A DNA stretch of 64,000 nucleotides from Syntrophales bacterium (GTDB lineage Bacteria; Desulfobacterota; Syntrophia; Syntrophales; CG2-30-49-12), in NCBI GenBank assembly GCA_030018935.1, contig JASEGZ010000004.1, positions 918-64,917 of the forward strand, written 5' to 3'. How positions within the stretch are numbered: the stretch's first letter is position 1; each line of letters starts with the position of its first letter. Position numbers and translations under genes: made by a program. The notes beneath the pieces are model-generated. The model was not told the DNA's origin. It saw nothing but the letters and a program-made list of their open reading frames with translations, and searched no databases. Shown here in pieces: positions 62,982 to 64,000 of this stretch.

Positions 62982-63935
62982 ATGGAAAGACCGAAAACCA
63001 AAGATCCGAGGGAGATGAAATCAGGCGATGAATTACTCGATGCTATATGTGAGCAATTAGACTTCTACACAAAAATAGCTGTTCTTTCTCATAATATAGG
63101 TCATCAGGTAATCATGGATCATAACGCAGATCCTCTTAATTCTTTGATGCTCGATGAGACTTTGGAGCGTGGTGATGATCTGTATAAGTATAATCTGGAG
63201 TTTGACAGCGAGCCCCAGTTAATCTCATTAGGTTTTGTAAATGTCGCTGATTCACTGGCAGCCATCCAAAAACTGGTTTTTGAGGAGAAGAAATATACGA
63301 TGGATGAGCTTCTTTGCGCACTGAAATCAAATTGGGATGGTTATGAAGAGATGCGTCAGGATTTCCTTAATGCTCCCAAGTACGGCAACGACGATGACTA
63401 TGTTGATGAGTGGGCGGTAAAGGTAAAAAGGAGAATGTACGAAACTGTTCACAACATTAAAGATGCATGGGATAACCCCTGTATCATAGATGGAAGTTCG
63501 GTAATTGCTTATCAGGCAATGGCTTTAGGCATTGGAGCCACACCCGACGGCAGGATGATGTCCGATATTATGGCTGATGGTAGCTTTTCGCCTGCGGCGG
63601 GCGCTGACAAGAAAGGTCCTACAGCGGTACTTAACTCCGTGGGCAAGGTGCCTTTTCTCCATACCGGCCTCTTTAACCAGCGCTTTATGCCGGCATTTCT
63701 TGAGGGAGAGAACAAAAAACTCTTCGCTGAATATTTGAAAGAATGGTATGAAAAGATGACTATCCCCCATATCCAGTTTAATGTAGTTAACTCTGAAACT
63801 TTAAGAGATGCCCAGCAAAATCCGGAAAAGTACCCCGATCTCCAGGTAAGAATCGCAGGCTATAGCGCTTACTTTATTGATATACCAAAGGAGACGCAAG
63901 ACAGCATCATTTGCAGAACGGAGCATAGCTTTTAA
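62982..63935 (+). CDS. glycyl radical enzyme, C-terminal fragment (carries the glycine radical domain)
   Basis: KYGNDDDYVD, GATPDGR, KKGPTAVLNS, and VRIAGYSAYFIDI...QDSIICRTE. Aligns with residues ~500-817 of the paralog at 51527-53980. Confidence 0.88.
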   Translation: MERPKTKDPREMKSGDELLDAICEQLDFYTKIAVLSHNIGHQVIMDHNADPLNSLMLDETLERGDDLYKYNLEFDSEPQLISLGFVNVADSLAAIQKLVFEEKKYTMDELLCALKSNWDGYEEMRQDFLNAPKYGNDDDYVDEWAVKVKRRMYETVHNIKDAWDNPCIIDGSSVIAYQAMALGIGATPDGRMMSDIMADGSFSPAAGADKKGPTAVLNSVGKVPFLHTGLFNQRFMPAFLEGENKKLFAEYLKEWYEKMTIPHIQFNVVNSETLRDAQQNPEKYPDLQVRIAGYSAYFIDIPKETQDSIICRTEHSF

Positions 63936-64000
63936 CTTCAGATTAAGTCAATTAACCCTATAATCTTCTTGATCTTAGAGAATAATAGTATAGCGTGTGG

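Overview
This is a 64-kb chromosomal window from what looks like a strictly anaerobic bacterium. Gene content resembles syntrophic or sulfate-reducing Deltaproteobacteria-type genomes, but I cannot verify taxonomy from here.

The first ~40 kb is mostly housekeeping: trpC-trpF, panB, a SurA-like PPIase, a cold-shock protein, pepA-oppD-oppF, a sigma-54 two-component pair, comEC, tilS-ftsH-folP, acpS, tsaE, lysC, comEA, a lytic transglycosylase, tig-clpP-clpX-lon and four tRNAs. Three accessory or decayed patches interrupt it:
- A degenerate integron, with an internally deleted intI and a divergently oriented nucleotidyltransferase cassette. It abuts a ~320-bp duplicate of the oppD 3-prime end.
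- An internally deleted HAD phosphatase.
- An AT-rich islet after folP, holding an integrase remnant, a DUF262-HNH nuclease and a RelE/Phd pair.

The last 24 kb (40.1-64 kb) is a dense CoA-ester metabolism supercluster and is the most interesting part. It contains hotdog hydratases, a CoA-transferase, a 2-hydroxyacyl-CoA-dehydratase-like heterodimer, an SCP-x-type thiolase and an HMG-CoA-synthase-like/DUF35 fusion. It also holds two carboxyltransferases, three acyl-CoA dehydrogenases plus a truncated duplicate, a ChlI-like AAA+/vWA pair, and two paralogous glycyl radical enzymes. One of these enzymes is cleanly split into two ORFs by a terminator-plus-RBS insert. No glycyl-radical activase or small subunits are visible in the window.

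Intergenic spacers throughout carry an unusual family of heptamer-phased, hairpin-forming low-complexity repeats. A solitary type I-E-like CRISPR repeat sits at 41429-41457.

All functional calls come from reading the supplied translations and the DNA by eye. No database search was run.
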